Below are positions 9,509 through 19,013 of a DNA stretch of 64,000 nt, piece by piece. The position numbers were made by a program, and so were the translations under genes. Below the pieces are notes generated by a model that made no database searches, had not been told where the DNA came from, and saw nothing but the letters and a program-made list of their open reading frames with translations. Within the stretch, counting starts at the first letter, position 1; each line of letters starts with the position of its first letter. This DNA is from an uncultured Chloroflexota bacterium (lineage in GTDB: Bacteria > Chloroflexota > Dehalococcoidia > Lucifugimonadales > UBA826). Where the stretch lies: the NCBI GenBank assembly GCA_913048525.1, contig CAJWWP010000001.1, forward strand, positions 47,074 through 111,073, written 5' to 3'.

Positions 9509-11170
9509 CTAAAGAGAACCGTCAATAACGATATCAATGACGGACGGTTTGTTAGCTGACAGGGCACGTTGAATGGCTGGTCCTATTTCATCAGGGTCTG
9601 TAACTCGCTCGCTTTGTATCCCCATCCCTTTTGCAATTTCGGAAATATCGAAGGGAGTATCGAAATTAGAATAAAGAAGGTTTTCACCTGCTGGTTCTGG
9701 TTCAGAAAGTACCTCAGTCTGGTATATGTTGAAATTTACCTTCAACACCCTATACATTCCGTTGTTGCAAATAACGAATACACAAGGAATATCATCGTTC
9801 GCCGCTGTCCAAAGCCCTTGTATTGTCATCATAGCGCTTCCGTCACCAATGATTCCTATCACGGGGCGGTCTGGGAAGGCGCATTTGGTGCCCATAGTGG
9901 CGCCTATTCCTCCACCAATAGACTGCCCCCGGACTCCTCTCATATCATCTCTTTTTTCAGCAATAAAATAGTGTCGAGAGGCACCATTATTACTTACGGA
10001 GTCATTCACAACTATCGTGTTTTTAGGGATGGCTTTGGAGAGCTCATACATCATGCGTGCCGGTGGCATAGGTTTGTTGTTCCAATGCGATGTTACTGAA
10101 TCCTCGTAGAGTTTCTTCTCTTCCTCAGACTGCTGGACTACAGACTCTCTTCTCTTATCAACTTCTGTAGTGTCCAGCCGACCAGATATATGTTCGATGA
10201 GTTCCTTTAACCCAGATTTGCAATTCGATATTATTCCAACATCCGTTGGTTCACTTTTGCCGACACGGCCAGGAATAGGGTCTATATGTACCAGCTTAGT
10301 ATTTTCTCCAAGTATCACGTCTCCCCAGTAGAAAAGTTCATCAAATGTGTCTGTTCCCACGGTTATTATCAGATCGTATCCCTTTAATGCTTCACGTTGG
10401 GCAGCGACCCTGAGAGAGTGAACTCCAAGGTACTGAGGGTGTGTTGTAGGAAAGGAAACCTCGGCTCCTCCGGATTGGTATACCGGTAAACCAGCAAGTT
10501 CAGCAAGCTGTACAGCCTCTTCGAGGGCATCATCGTCTGAAGCTCTATCTCCTACCATGAGAAGTGGGCTTTTCGCCGAAATGAGAAGTTCTGCGGCTTT
10601 TTCTATGCCCGCAGGGTCTGGTCTTACGTTGTCATGGATATCAGACGACGGCACTATATTCATATCAGCCATGCCTTCTAATGCATTTGCTGTAAATCCT
10701 ACATATACGGGTCCTTTGGGATGGCTGTTGGCCTCATTAAACGCTCTCCGCATTACGCTTGGAATCTGTTCAGCGATATCCAGTTCCACTGACCATTTAG
10801 TAACTGGTCGTACTAACTCAGCCAGATCGGTTTTGTTTTCGTTGATTTTTCGAGCGTCGTAATTGCATGAGGTAACGACAAGTGGTGTTCCCGTGTTGAG
10901 TGCATCGAGCATTAGGGCAATGCCGTTAGCTAGTCCACTATCAACATGAAGACTCACAAAGGCTGTCTTCTGGGTTGAACGGGCATATGACTCACCCATC
11001 CCTACAGCAACACTTTCTTGAAGCGCCATAACGTATTTGAATTCCGGGTAATTTCCCAGCATATCAATAAGTGGCCCTTCACTCGTTCCAGGGTTACCGA
11101 ATATATACTCGATACCCTCAGCTTTAAGCATTTCGAGAACGGCTTGTTTCCCGGACATTAGCTCGCCCAT
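9509..11170 (-). CDS. thiamine-diphosphate-dependent decarboxylase, benzoylformate-decarboxylase-like
   Basis: N-terminus IFGNPGTSEGPLID...YVMALQESVAVGMGESYA resembles the BFD/MdlC pattern. ThDP motif GDGSAMMT...NNGMY. AAGGAG SD 5 nt before ATG 11170; the longest ORF begins at GTG 11176. Confidence 0.75.
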   Translation of the reverse strand: MGELMSGKQAVLEMLKAEGIEYIFGNPGTSEGPLIDMLGNYPEFKYVMALQESVAVGMGESYARSTQKTAFVSLHVDSGLANGIALMLDALNTGTPLVVTSCNYDARKINENKTDLAELVRPVTKWSVELDIAEQIPSVMRRAFNEANSHPKGPVYVGFTANALEGMADMNIVPSSDIHDNVRPDPAGIEKAAELLISAKSPLLMVGDRASDDDALEEAVQLAELAGLPVYQSGGAEVSFPTTHPQYLGVHSLRVAAQREALKGYDLIITVGTDTFDELFYWGDVILGENTKLVHIDPIPGRVGKSEPTDVGIISNCKSGLKELIEHISGRLDTTEVDKRRESVVQQSEEEKKLYEDSVTSHWNNKPMPPARMMYELSKAIPKNTIVVNDSVSNNGASRHYFIAEKRDDMRGVRGQSIGGGIGATMGTKCAFPDRPVIGIIGDGSAMMTIQGLWTAANDDIPCVFVICNNGMYRVLKVNFNIYQTEVLSEPEPAGENLLYSNFDTPFDISEIAKGMGIQSERVTDPDEIGPAIQRALSANKPSVIDIVIDGSL

Positions 11171-11337
11171 GTGCACTCCTTAAATAATTTGATCAATAGA
11201 TTTATTTCTCGTCATAATATGGAATGTTACATAGCGAATGCATCATGATCAATTTCACCCATTAATATTTCCTAAAAAATTATCGAAGTACCTTGTATTT
11301 GTGGTGATAACATCATCTCCAATTTATATTTGATCGA

Positions 11338-12501
11338 TTGATGCTGGAGGAATTTAACGTGCCTAAACCAACCAGAATAGAAAAAGTAGAGACAATCTTG
11401 TGGGACAAGTGGTTACTTTTGAAAATTCACTGTGAAGATGGCACCGTGGGTATTGGAGAGGGAGGTGTTCACGGATGGCAGAGACCCACTCAAACTATGA
11501 TAGAAACTATGGAACCGTATTTACTTGGTAAGAACCCAGATCACATCGAACATCACTATCAGTGGCTATATCGATCGTCACACTTTATGGGGTCAGTTGT
11601 TCAAGGAGCTTTATCAGCTATAGACATTGCTCTATGGGATATTAAGGGCAAACGTCTGGAGGTACCTATTTTTGATCTCATGGGAGGTAAAACTCGTGAC
11701 AGAGTGCGCTGTTATATGCATGTCGGATCTGGCGATTTTGGATCTGCCGATGATTTGGCTAAAGACGCCTTAAATGCAGTTAAACAGGGATTCACTGCTG
11801 TTAGATTTACTCCGTTTTCTTCCGACTATTACCTCCATAAATCCTATTCTGAGTGGGCTGACGAAGCAGTGAAAAGGGTGTCTGCAGTGCGAGAAACAGT
11901 AGGTTCTGATGTAGACATATGTGTGGAAATACACAGGCAGATGAATCCGGCAGAGAGTATAGCGTTGGGGAGAAGACTAGAGGAGTTTAACCCTTTCTTT
12001 TATGAGGATCCCATGTTGCCAGATAGCCCGGCCATAATGGGAGAAGTTGCTAAAAAATGCAATATCCCTATAGCAACTGGCGAGAGATTTACCACAATTT
12101 TCGAATATCAACAGTTACTGGAGGCGAATGCAGCTTCGTATGTTCGTCCTGACTTATGTCTGTGTGGAGGTTTGTCTGGCTGTAAAAAAGTTGCTGCTAT
12201 GGCAGAGGCCCACCACGTAAAAGTTATTCCTCATAATCCTCTTTCGCCTATTAGTACCGCTGCATGTGTACAACTCGATGCATGTATACCTAACTTTGCT
12301 CTCCAGGAATACACCGGTGAGTCAGAACCACCAAAGAGCGAACTGTTGCTCAAGCCCCTGGAACTCAAGGGAGGCTATATTACCGTTCCGGATGGACCTG
12401 GACTGGGAGTTGAGATTAATGAAGAAGCCCTGAAAATGCCGGAAGACCCCAAAGTTTTAGACACCCCTATAGGTTTTGATGGCTCTGTTCAGGACAGGTG
12501 A
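11338..12501 (+). CDS. enolase-superfamily acid-sugar dehydratase-like enzyme (galactonate/mannonate dehydratase-like)
   Basis: 387 aa. DIALWDIKGKRLEVPIFDLMGGKTRDRVRCY, then EDP and ATGE barrel motifs. The likely true start is GTG 11359, 8 nt after GGAGG (11346-11350). Confidence 0.8.
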   Translation: MMLEEFNVPKPTRIEKVETILWDKWLLLKIHCEDGTVGIGEGGVHGWQRPTQTMIETMEPYLLGKNPDHIEHHYQWLYRSSHFMGSVVQGALSAIDIALWDIKGKRLEVPIFDLMGGKTRDRVRCYMHVGSGDFGSADDLAKDALNAVKQGFTAVRFTPFSSDYYLHKSYSEWADEAVKRVSAVRETVGSDVDICVEIHRQMNPAESIALGRRLEEFNPFFYEDPMLPDSPAIMGEVAKKCNIPIATGERFTTIFEYQQLLEANAASYVRPDLCLCGGLSGCKKVAAMAEAHHVKVIPHNPLSPISTAACVQLDACIPNFALQEYTGESEPPKSELLLKPLELKGGYITVPDGPGLGVEINEEALKMPEDPKVLDTPIGFDGSVQDR

Positions 12502-12505
12502 TTTT

Positions 12506-13954
12506 TCACTGAATATTTTTAGGGTTTGGGTAAAGTGATAACCCCACGCCTACCAAAGTGACCGCGGTAAGTGCTATGAACGAAACTCTCATTCCTTTGA
12601 GAAACGATGAGACTAATTCTGTTTCGGATCCGAAGCTTACTGCTGACAGATTGGCTTCGAAACCCATTGAACTCATCACCAATGTGACTATCGTCGCTGA
12701 AATTGGTATGGAAATCAGGCTTCCAGAATTCCTGATCAAGTTTATGAAACCTATAACTGCGCTTTGGTTTGATTCCGGAGTCACGGCTAGGATAGCGCTG
12801 TTATTGGGGCCATAGAATGCTCCCATTCCCGCACTGATAGGTATCATGGCGATGTAGGGTAGAAAACCGTATGATGATTCATCAAGGGTCGCCAACATTA
12901 TCAAGCCGATTGATCCCAGCAATAACCCCCCTACTGTGAATATTCTTGTTCCAAAACGATCTGACAATCTCCCGCTGAGTGGACTCACAATCGCCATGCA
13001 GGCTGCGGCGGGGATAAAAACGCTACCTACCTTGTCGGGTGGATATCCCAGAACATATTTTAAATAGAATGGAAGCAAAAATAAGGCTGATGACAATCCC
13101 AGAAAACATATTAAATTGGACAAAATTGATAAACCGAATATGGGTCGTCTAAATAGCCGCAGATTCAAAATCGGATTATCAACTATTAGGCCTCGCCATA
13201 CAAAAAAACCGCCGGAAACCAGTGACAACGCTATAACTGACACGGGTATGAAAGACCATCCGGAGTGAGCAGCCATAGTAATACCAGCCAGTAGTGCTGA
13301 GAGAGTGGCCACAGACAGTGCGGCTCCGAACCAATCAAATTGTGAATTAGAAATTGGATTGGCGCGGTGAGAACCCAATGCTGAGAACGCCAATAATGCT
13401 CCTGCTAAAGAAACCAAGGATGTAACTATAAATACGCTTCTCCAACCAGCATATGTTGTAACTAAGCCGCCTACCGTTGGCCCCGCGACGTTACCTAGAC
13501 CGACGAATATGAGTACTAGTCCCACCGCTTTTCCTTTTTGTCCTTCCCCAAACGCCGCAATTGCAATGATAAATGCGGTACCTTGGATCATTGCCCCGCC
13601 TATTCCCTGCAGAATTCTTCCAGAAAGTAATATTTCTATTGATGGGGCAACAGAGCTTCCAATTCCTCCAAAGGCGAATATTATTAGTCCAGAGACAATG
13701 ACCTTTTTGCTACCTAATATGTCAGTCAATCTTCCCATTGGTAGTAACAAAGCCGCTACCATAAGCAGGTATGTTGTATTTATCCACTGGGCCGTTGGAA
13801 TATCAGATCCAAATTCCTCTGCTATGTTTGGCAATATGACATTTGATGCACCTCTGTCCAGGGCAGAACCCATGATAGACAGTGCCGCAACTGAAAAGGT
13901 TAGCCAAGGTGAATGAGGCGTTTTTTTGTGTGAGGTTATAGAGTCATGAGTCAT
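12506..13954 (-). CDS. MFS transporter (14-TMS DHA2/EmrB-like)
   Basis: 482 aa, about 14 hydrophobic segments. Motif A GRLTDILGSKK. Confidence 0.75.
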   Translation of the reverse strand: MTHDSITSHKKTPHSPWLTFSVAALSIMGSALDRGASNVILPNIAEEFGSDIPTAQWINTTYLLMVAALLLPMGRLTDILGSKKVIVSGLIIFAFGGIGSSVAPSIEILLSGRILQGIGGAMIQGTAFIIAIAAFGEGQKGKAVGLVLIFVGLGNVAGPTVGGLVTTYAGWRSVFIVTSLVSLAGALLAFSALGSHRANPISNSQFDWFGAALSVATLSALLAGITMAAHSGWSFIPVSVIALSLVSGGFFVWRGLIVDNPILNLRLFRRPIFGLSILSNLICFLGLSSALFLLPFYLKYVLGYPPDKVGSVFIPAAACMAIVSPLSGRLSDRFGTRIFTVGGLLLGSIGLIMLATLDESSYGFLPYIAMIPISAGMGAFYGPNNSAILAVTPESNQSAVIGFINLIRNSGSLISIPISATIVTLVMSSMGFEANLSAVSFGSETELVSSFLKGMRVSFIALTAVTLVGVGLSLYPNPKNIQ

Positions 13955-14072
13955 ATTTGGCCAAGTAAAAAGGATACACGTTGGAGATACTCTTATGTCT
14001 TAAATATGTAAAATTGGTATGTTTCAGTAGTAGGGAAACCTAAGTTAATAAAGATTGGAAAGAGAGGACCAA

Positions 14073-14396
14073 ATGTTTTTAATCAGGAGAGTATGTAAAG
14101 TGGAAAGGAAAGATGCTTGGGAGGTGGCGAGGCTTCTACGCAGCATATGTGATGCCTATTCAGAATCCACTGGCAGGGCTGAGGCTACTGTATATGTAAG
14201 TGGAACTGGAACTCCTTCATCGGAAATAGAGGTTTGCGCAGAATGGGAACAAGAAACTATAGATGCCAACAGGATGCCCAACGTTCCAGATAGTGTGAAA
14301 TCTGACAACGGCGTTATGTTTCCGCTTCTAAAATCATACGAGATAGAATTTCATGAGATAGCTACTAATGAAAAAATATTGGAACGATCCGGCTGA
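14073..14396 (+). CDS. hypothetical protein
   Basis: ORF 14055..14396. ATG 14073 is preceded by AGAGAGGA. No motif recognised. Confidence 0.35.
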   Translation: MFLIRRVCKVERKDAWEVARLLRSICDAYSESTGRAEATVYVSGTGTPSSEIEVCAEWEQETIDANRMPNVPDSVKSDNGVMFPLLKSYEIEFHEIATNEKILERSG

Positions 14397-14483
14397 AACC
14401 CTTTCAATCGAGGTCCGAATAGCAAATCCCAAGTAGCAATGTGATTAAGCTGGTCTGAAACCTATTTGTTTGTATCGTTAAAG

Positions 14484-15365
14484 TCAGTTATTTTCTTCAT
14501 CATTAGCACCTGAATTTTTTGCGGATAACATCGACGCAAATGGGCCAAGAAGATTTGTGAATTCCATTGGGAAAACAAATTTGGTAGCACTTCCTTTGCC
14601 CATTTCTTTTAGTGTTTCAAAATATTGGAGACTAATGGTGTTTGTGTCTACATTGCTTGCGACTTGGTGGATTCTATCCAGTGCGATGCTAAATCCATCC
14701 GCTCTTAAAACTGCTGCTTGCTGATCTCCCTCAGCAGTTAAAATTTCCGACTGTCGATGTCCTTCTGCTCTGAGGATTTCTGCTTGTTTATCTCCCTCCG
14801 CGATTTCGATCTCTGCTTGTCTTTTTCCTTCCGCTTCAGTAACGTCGGCTCTCCTTATACGCTCTGCAGACATCTGGCGATTCATTGCCTCTTGAATGTC
14901 TGGAGCAGGTTCTATCTCTTTGATTTCGACTGCTGACACTCTGATCCCCCATCTTCCAGTAATGTCATCCAGCTTTACTCGCAATTCCCGGTTTATTCTC
15001 TCTCTTTGAGACAACACATCATCGACATTCATCTCACCGATTACAGCTCTGAGTATGGTAGTCGCCATTCCAATTACCGCCTGATGGTAATTTATTACTT
15101 CTAAGACGACTTTTTGCGCTTCACTTTCAATGGGTCTTAAATATACAAGGAAGGTTATGTCGATTGGGGCGTTGTCTCTTGTGATGTTGGTTTGTCTTGG
15201 GATATTTATCACTTCTTCTCGTAGATCGATTCTTGTACCTGTTTGAAATGGCCAAATCAGGATTTGAAGCCCTGGTCCCCGCAATCCGGATCTTTCATTA
15301 AATTTACCCAGAGTAAATACCGCTAATCGTTCATACTGTTTAACTACTTTTATAAGTGGAATCAT
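14484..15365 (-). CDS. SPFH/band-7 (stomatin-like) protein
   Basis: 293 aa. Opens with an SPFH core (VKQYERLAVFTLGKF ... DNAPIDITFLVYLRP ... LRAVIGEMNVDDVL) followed by a coiled-coil tail. AGGGAGGAA SD. Sits immediately downstream of nfeD-like gene. Confidence 0.9.
   Translation of the reverse strand: MIPLIKVVKQYERLAVFTLGKFNERSGLRGPGLQILIWPFQTGTRIDLREEVINIPRQTNITRDNAPIDITFLVYLRPIESEAQKVVLEVINYHQAVIGMATTILRAVIGEMNVDDVLSQRERINRELRVKLDDITGRWGIRVSAVEIKEIEPAPDIQEAMNRQMSAERIRRADVTEAEGKRQAEIEIAEGDKQAEILRAEGHRQSEILTAEGDQQAAVLRADGFSIALDRIHQVASNVDTNTISLQYFETLKEMGKGSATKFVFPMEFTNLLGPFASMLSAKNSGANDEENN
14697..14834 (-). repeat. four tandem 33-nt (11-residue) repeats inside the SPFH gene
   Basis: Residues 178-223: AEGKRQAEIEI / AEGDKQAEILR / AEGHRQSEILT / AEGDQQAAVLR / ADG. 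This is a hendecad periodicity in the C-terminal coiled-coil region. Confidence 0.6.
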
Positions 15366-15382
15366 TTATTTCCTCCCTAACA

Positions 15383-16735
15383 TTAATCTGTATCTTGTTT
15401 CTGGACTGAAAGTGTTACTCCGTCCGTATTTTTTACTATTACAAACTCTCCAACCGCTGGTGATGCACAATCGCTATACATCTCCGCGGTCCATAGATCC
15501 GAACCTACTTGGATCGTTCCTATGGGGCTCAAAGGAGTTTTAACCACACCTATGGAACCAATAATTGCAGAGGTATGGGAGGGCATCCCTTTGCCGACTG
15601 CTTCGGAGAGAGCTTTTAATGTGAGTATTACTGAGCCGCTCAAGGTTGTACCTACTATCCCAATTACCCAAAGGTTCACTCCGAAAATACCCCGATCAAA
15701 GCCTGGAATACTGAAATCGCCAAATAGTAGAAATGAGCCCACTAAGAAACATATGATTCCACCTGTTATATACAATCCAATTCCAGGCGCCTGCGCTTCT
15801 GCAAAAAAAAGTATGAAAGCCCCAAATATTAGTGCCAAAGCTAGCCAGTTTACAGGTAGCTGTCCCATACCAGTAAAAGCTAGGGAGATCGCTAAAATTC
15901 CAATAAATCCTCCTACTAGTATCCCTGGTTGAATAAACTCAAGTGTCAAAGCTATGCTTCCTATGGTTAAAAGGACAAATGTTATGTTCGGATCACCCAC
16001 AGCGTCCAGAAACTTTTCGAGCATGGTTCTTTCGAAAGTTCGTATTTCGAGGTTAGAAGTTTCCAAAGTTACGTTTCCAGAGGGCGTAACAACTGTTGAT
16101 CCGTTTATTTCGTCTAGTAGAGAAGTCTGACTCTCTGAAATATAGTCGATTATTCCCGATGCTAGCGCTTCCGAAGATGTATAGGATCTAGCCCTTGTTA
16201 CAGTCAACTCTAATTCCTGCGAAGGTCTGCCTCTCCTTTCCGATATAGATCTGAGGAGTGCGGCCGCATCTTGTGATACTTTATCTTTTATAGTCTCTCC
16301 GAGATCCTCTCCTGATGCGCCCACAGGAGTAGCGGCGCCGATGTTGGTTGTAGGGGCCATAGCAGCTACGTGAGATGCAGCGACGATGAATGTTCCTGCT
16401 GAACCTGCTCGAGCACCCGCAGGGGAAACATATGTTATGACGGGCACCTCAGATACTAAAATCTCAGATACTATTTCTCGTGTTGGCTCCAGCATTCCAC
16501 CAGGGGTATCAAGCTCTATAAGTATCGCCGAAACTCTGGAGGAAGATGCAGCATCACCTATCATGCGTTTAAGATGAGAAGCCGTAGATGGCTGTATCGC
16601 ACCTCGGATTTCTGTCTTATATATGATCTTTGAGTTTATTTCTGAGGCAAATACTACGCCAACGACCTGCATGGTCAAAATGACAAGAGAAGCCAAAGTA
16701 GCCAGTCGCAGTGTTCGCAATATATTACTTCGCAA
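15383..16735 (-). CDS. NfeD-family membrane-bound ClpP-class serine protease
   Basis: ELDTPGGMLEPTREIV ... PAGARAGSAGTFI ... MAPTTNIGAATPV (ClpP-like domain), then about 5 TM segments and a C-terminal OB-like NfeD domain. The longest ORF starts at TTG 16801. TTG 16735 follows AAAGGAG by 5 nt and yields a classical N-terminal anchor (MRSNILRTLRLATLASLVIL). Confidence 0.85.
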   Translation of the reverse strand: MRSNILRTLRLATLASLVILTMQVVGVVFASEINSKIIYKTEIRGAIQPSTASHLKRMIGDAASSSRVSAILIELDTPGGMLEPTREIVSEILVSEVPVITYVSPAGARAGSAGTFIVAASHVAAMAPTTNIGAATPVGASGEDLGETIKDKVSQDAAALLRSISERRGRPSQELELTVTRARSYTSSEALASGIIDYISESQTSLLDEINGSTVVTPSGNVTLETSNLEIRTFERTMLEKFLDAVGDPNITFVLLTIGSIALTLEFIQPGILVGGFIGILAISLAFTGMGQLPVNWLALALIFGAFILFFAEAQAPGIGLYITGGIICFLVGSFLLFGDFSIPGFDRGIFGVNLWVIGIVGTTLSGSVILTLKALSEAVGKGMPSHTSAIIGSIGVVKTPLSPIGTIQVGSDLWTAEMYSDCASPAVGEFVIVKNTDGVTLSVQKQDTD

Positions 16736-16964
16736 GGGGGCTCCTTTTAGGGGCCTATTACCTTTATTGATTCTACCAGTCTTTCTCGAACTATCTCGCA
16801 ATGTCCAGACAGATTCTTCGAATCGAGCTAGGGGGAAAGTGTGTTTTCTATGTTGCTGTTTCAGACAATATTCGTTTACCCACTTATATTTGTGACTCCT
16901 GTTAACATGAAGGGCTGAATCTTTTAGTAGTTTGTTTTCCTGATGAGTGGAATATGGAGACTTG

Positions 16965-17969
16965 ATGGAGTACGTAAAATTAGGTAGTTCTGGATTACTT
17001 GTTTCCCCCTTGTGTCTTGGGACTATGATGTTCGGAAGCGCTGCAAATGAACGTGAATCTATAGCAATAACTCATCGGGCTGTAGATGACGGCATCAATT
17101 TTATCGACACAGCGAATGCGTATAACAATGGTTTATCTGAGACCATATTAGGTAAGGCATTAGAAGATCGTCGCGACAAGGTTGTACTTGTAACAAAGGT
17201 TAATGCCTCTACAGGGGACGGCCCTAACGAGGGGGGGTTGAGTAGATATCACATATTAAACGAGGTAGAGAATAGTCTTAGGAGACTAAAAACCGATCAT
17301 ATAGATATCTACATGCTTCACAGGAGGGATTTTGGCACCCCTTTAGAAGAATCTTTGGGAGCGATGAATGATCTTGTAAGACAAGGGAAAGTGCGTTACA
17401 TAGGGATGTCCAACCACTATTCCTGGCAGGTTAGAGGTGCGCTTGACCAAGCAAAGTATGAGGGAGTCTCACCGGTTGTTTGTGTGCAAGATCTCTACAA
17501 CATAGTAAACCGGGATTTAGAAGTCGATATGTTGCCGTTTTGTTATGAATTCGGAGTTGGTGTAATGGCGTACAGCCCTCTGGCAAGAGGGATTTTGACG
17601 GGTAAATATAGGCTGGGTGAAAATCTTCCTCCTGAGTCAAGGGCAGGGAGAGGCGATAGGCGAATGCTCGAGACTGAGTTGAGGGATGGGAGCCTAGCAG
17701 TAGCTCAAGAGCTTGCAGAACTGGCAGAAGGAACAGGAAAAAAACTGTCCCAGTTTGCCCTGAATTGGGTGATATCCAATCCGATTGTTACCTCTGCGAT
17801 TATTGGTCCTCGGAACCTCGATCAATATGAGGATAATCTTGGGGCTTTGGGTTGGGATATAGACTCTTCCATACTCAGTAAGGTTGATGCATTGGTCCCA
17901 CCAGGAGAGCATACAGGAAATGGATTCAACGATCCTCAGAATCCGGTAAGAGGCAGACCAGATTCATAA
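16965..17969 (+). CDS. aldo/keto reductase
   Basis: N-terminus MEYVKLGSSGLLVSPLCLGTM, DTANAY, and the catalytic-tetrad context are all typical of AKRs. The longest ORF starts at GTG 16947. Confidence 0.85.
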   Translation: MEYVKLGSSGLLVSPLCLGTMMFGSAANERESIAITHRAVDDGINFIDTANAYNNGLSETILGKALEDRRDKVVLVTKVNASTGDGPNEGGLSRYHILNEVENSLRRLKTDHIDIYMLHRRDFGTPLEESLGAMNDLVRQGKVRYIGMSNHYSWQVRGALDQAKYEGVSPVVCVQDLYNIVNRDLEVDMLPFCYEFGVGVMAYSPLARGILTGKYRLGENLPPESRAGRGDRRMLETELRDGSLAVAQELAELAEGTGKKLSQFALNWVISNPIVTSAIIGPRNLDQYEDNLGALGWDIDSSILSKVDALVPPGEHTGNGFNDPQNPVRGRPDS

Positions 17970-18067
17970 ATATTTGGATTAGCTTCTTCTGGCATTATGG
18001 ACCCACGGCCAGTCTTTGAAATAATTGAGTGCGATTAAAATATTTTTTGAGAAGGGGTGTTTGTTAA

Positions 18068-19012
18068 ATGCGTTATAGAACGCTTGGTAAAACTGAACTA
18101 AACGTTTCACTTCTCAGTTTCGGTTCAGGTGGACCCAGCAAATTGGGACAAAATACAGGGCTTTCTGGGAAGGAGCAAACCGATCTTATTAAACGAGTGA
18201 TGGATCTGGGCATCAATTTCATAGATTCCTCAGAAGGCTATGGTGAGAGTGAAGAGATATTAGGTAAAGGACTAGAAGGAATTTCAAGAGATTCCTATTT
18301 TCTCGCTACCAAAAGTATGTGTAGAAACAGACATGGTGAACTCAGAGATCCAGAAAAATTCTCTGCAGCAATCGACAGGAGCCTCAAGAGACTCGGGACT
18401 GACTATATCGATATTATGCAGTTTCATCTGCTGAACAAGGATGATTATGATGGCGTTGTGGATACCTTATATCCAGTTATGGACAAAGCTAGGACGGCAG
18501 GCAAAATTAGATTCATAGGTTTCAGTGAGCAGTACAAAACGGAACCAGACCATAGGACGGTTACCCATGCACTGAAGGTTGATCCCGATCTTTGGGATAC
18601 AGTCATGCTTAAGTATGGGATTCTAAATCAATATGCTGCCAAGGAAGCATTACCCCTTGCTCAAAAAAATAATGTGGGTGTCATCAATATGGCAGTGATT
18701 AGAGAAAAACTTCCGAACCCGAAGTTGTTAAGAGAACAGATCAAGATATGGAAAGAGGAAGGTTTACTAAATCCCATTGACCTAGATGATATAGATCCGC
18801 TTGGCTGGCTCATCAAGGGGGGGGTTAAATCTGTGGTCGATGCAGGATACATATTTGCCGGCGATCATCCCGGTGTTTCAACTGTCCTCACAGGTACATC
18901 GTCTGTTTCTCACCTCGAAGACAACGCCAGAGCATTGAATCTATTAGCTCTGCCTGAATCAGACACCCTAAAGTTGAGAAGTCTTTTTGGTGAAATAGCG
19001 GTGTATATATGA
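18068..19012 (+). CDS. aldo/keto reductase
   Basis: 314 aa. MRYRTLGKTELNVSLLSFG, DSSEGYG, YIDIMQFH. Confidence 0.8.
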   Translation: MRYRTLGKTELNVSLLSFGSGGPSKLGQNTGLSGKEQTDLIKRVMDLGINFIDSSEGYGESEEILGKGLEGISRDSYFLATKSMCRNRHGELRDPEKFSAAIDRSLKRLGTDYIDIMQFHLLNKDDYDGVVDTLYPVMDKARTAGKIRFIGFSEQYKTEPDHRTVTHALKVDPDLWDTVMLKYGILNQYAAKEALPLAQKNNVGVINMAVIREKLPNPKLLREQIKIWKEEGLLNPIDLDDIDPLGWLIKGGVKSVVDAGYIFAGDHPGVSTVLTGTSSVSHLEDNARALNLLALPESDTLKLRSLFGEIAVYI

Positions 19013-19013
19013 G

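Noticed and set aside
14697-14834. Tandem 33-nt repeats considered as a possible CRISPR or VNTR-like array.
   Set aside because: The repeats are in-frame coding repeats inside the SPFH gene (11-residue coiled-coil units). There are no spacers and no cas genes anywhere in the window.
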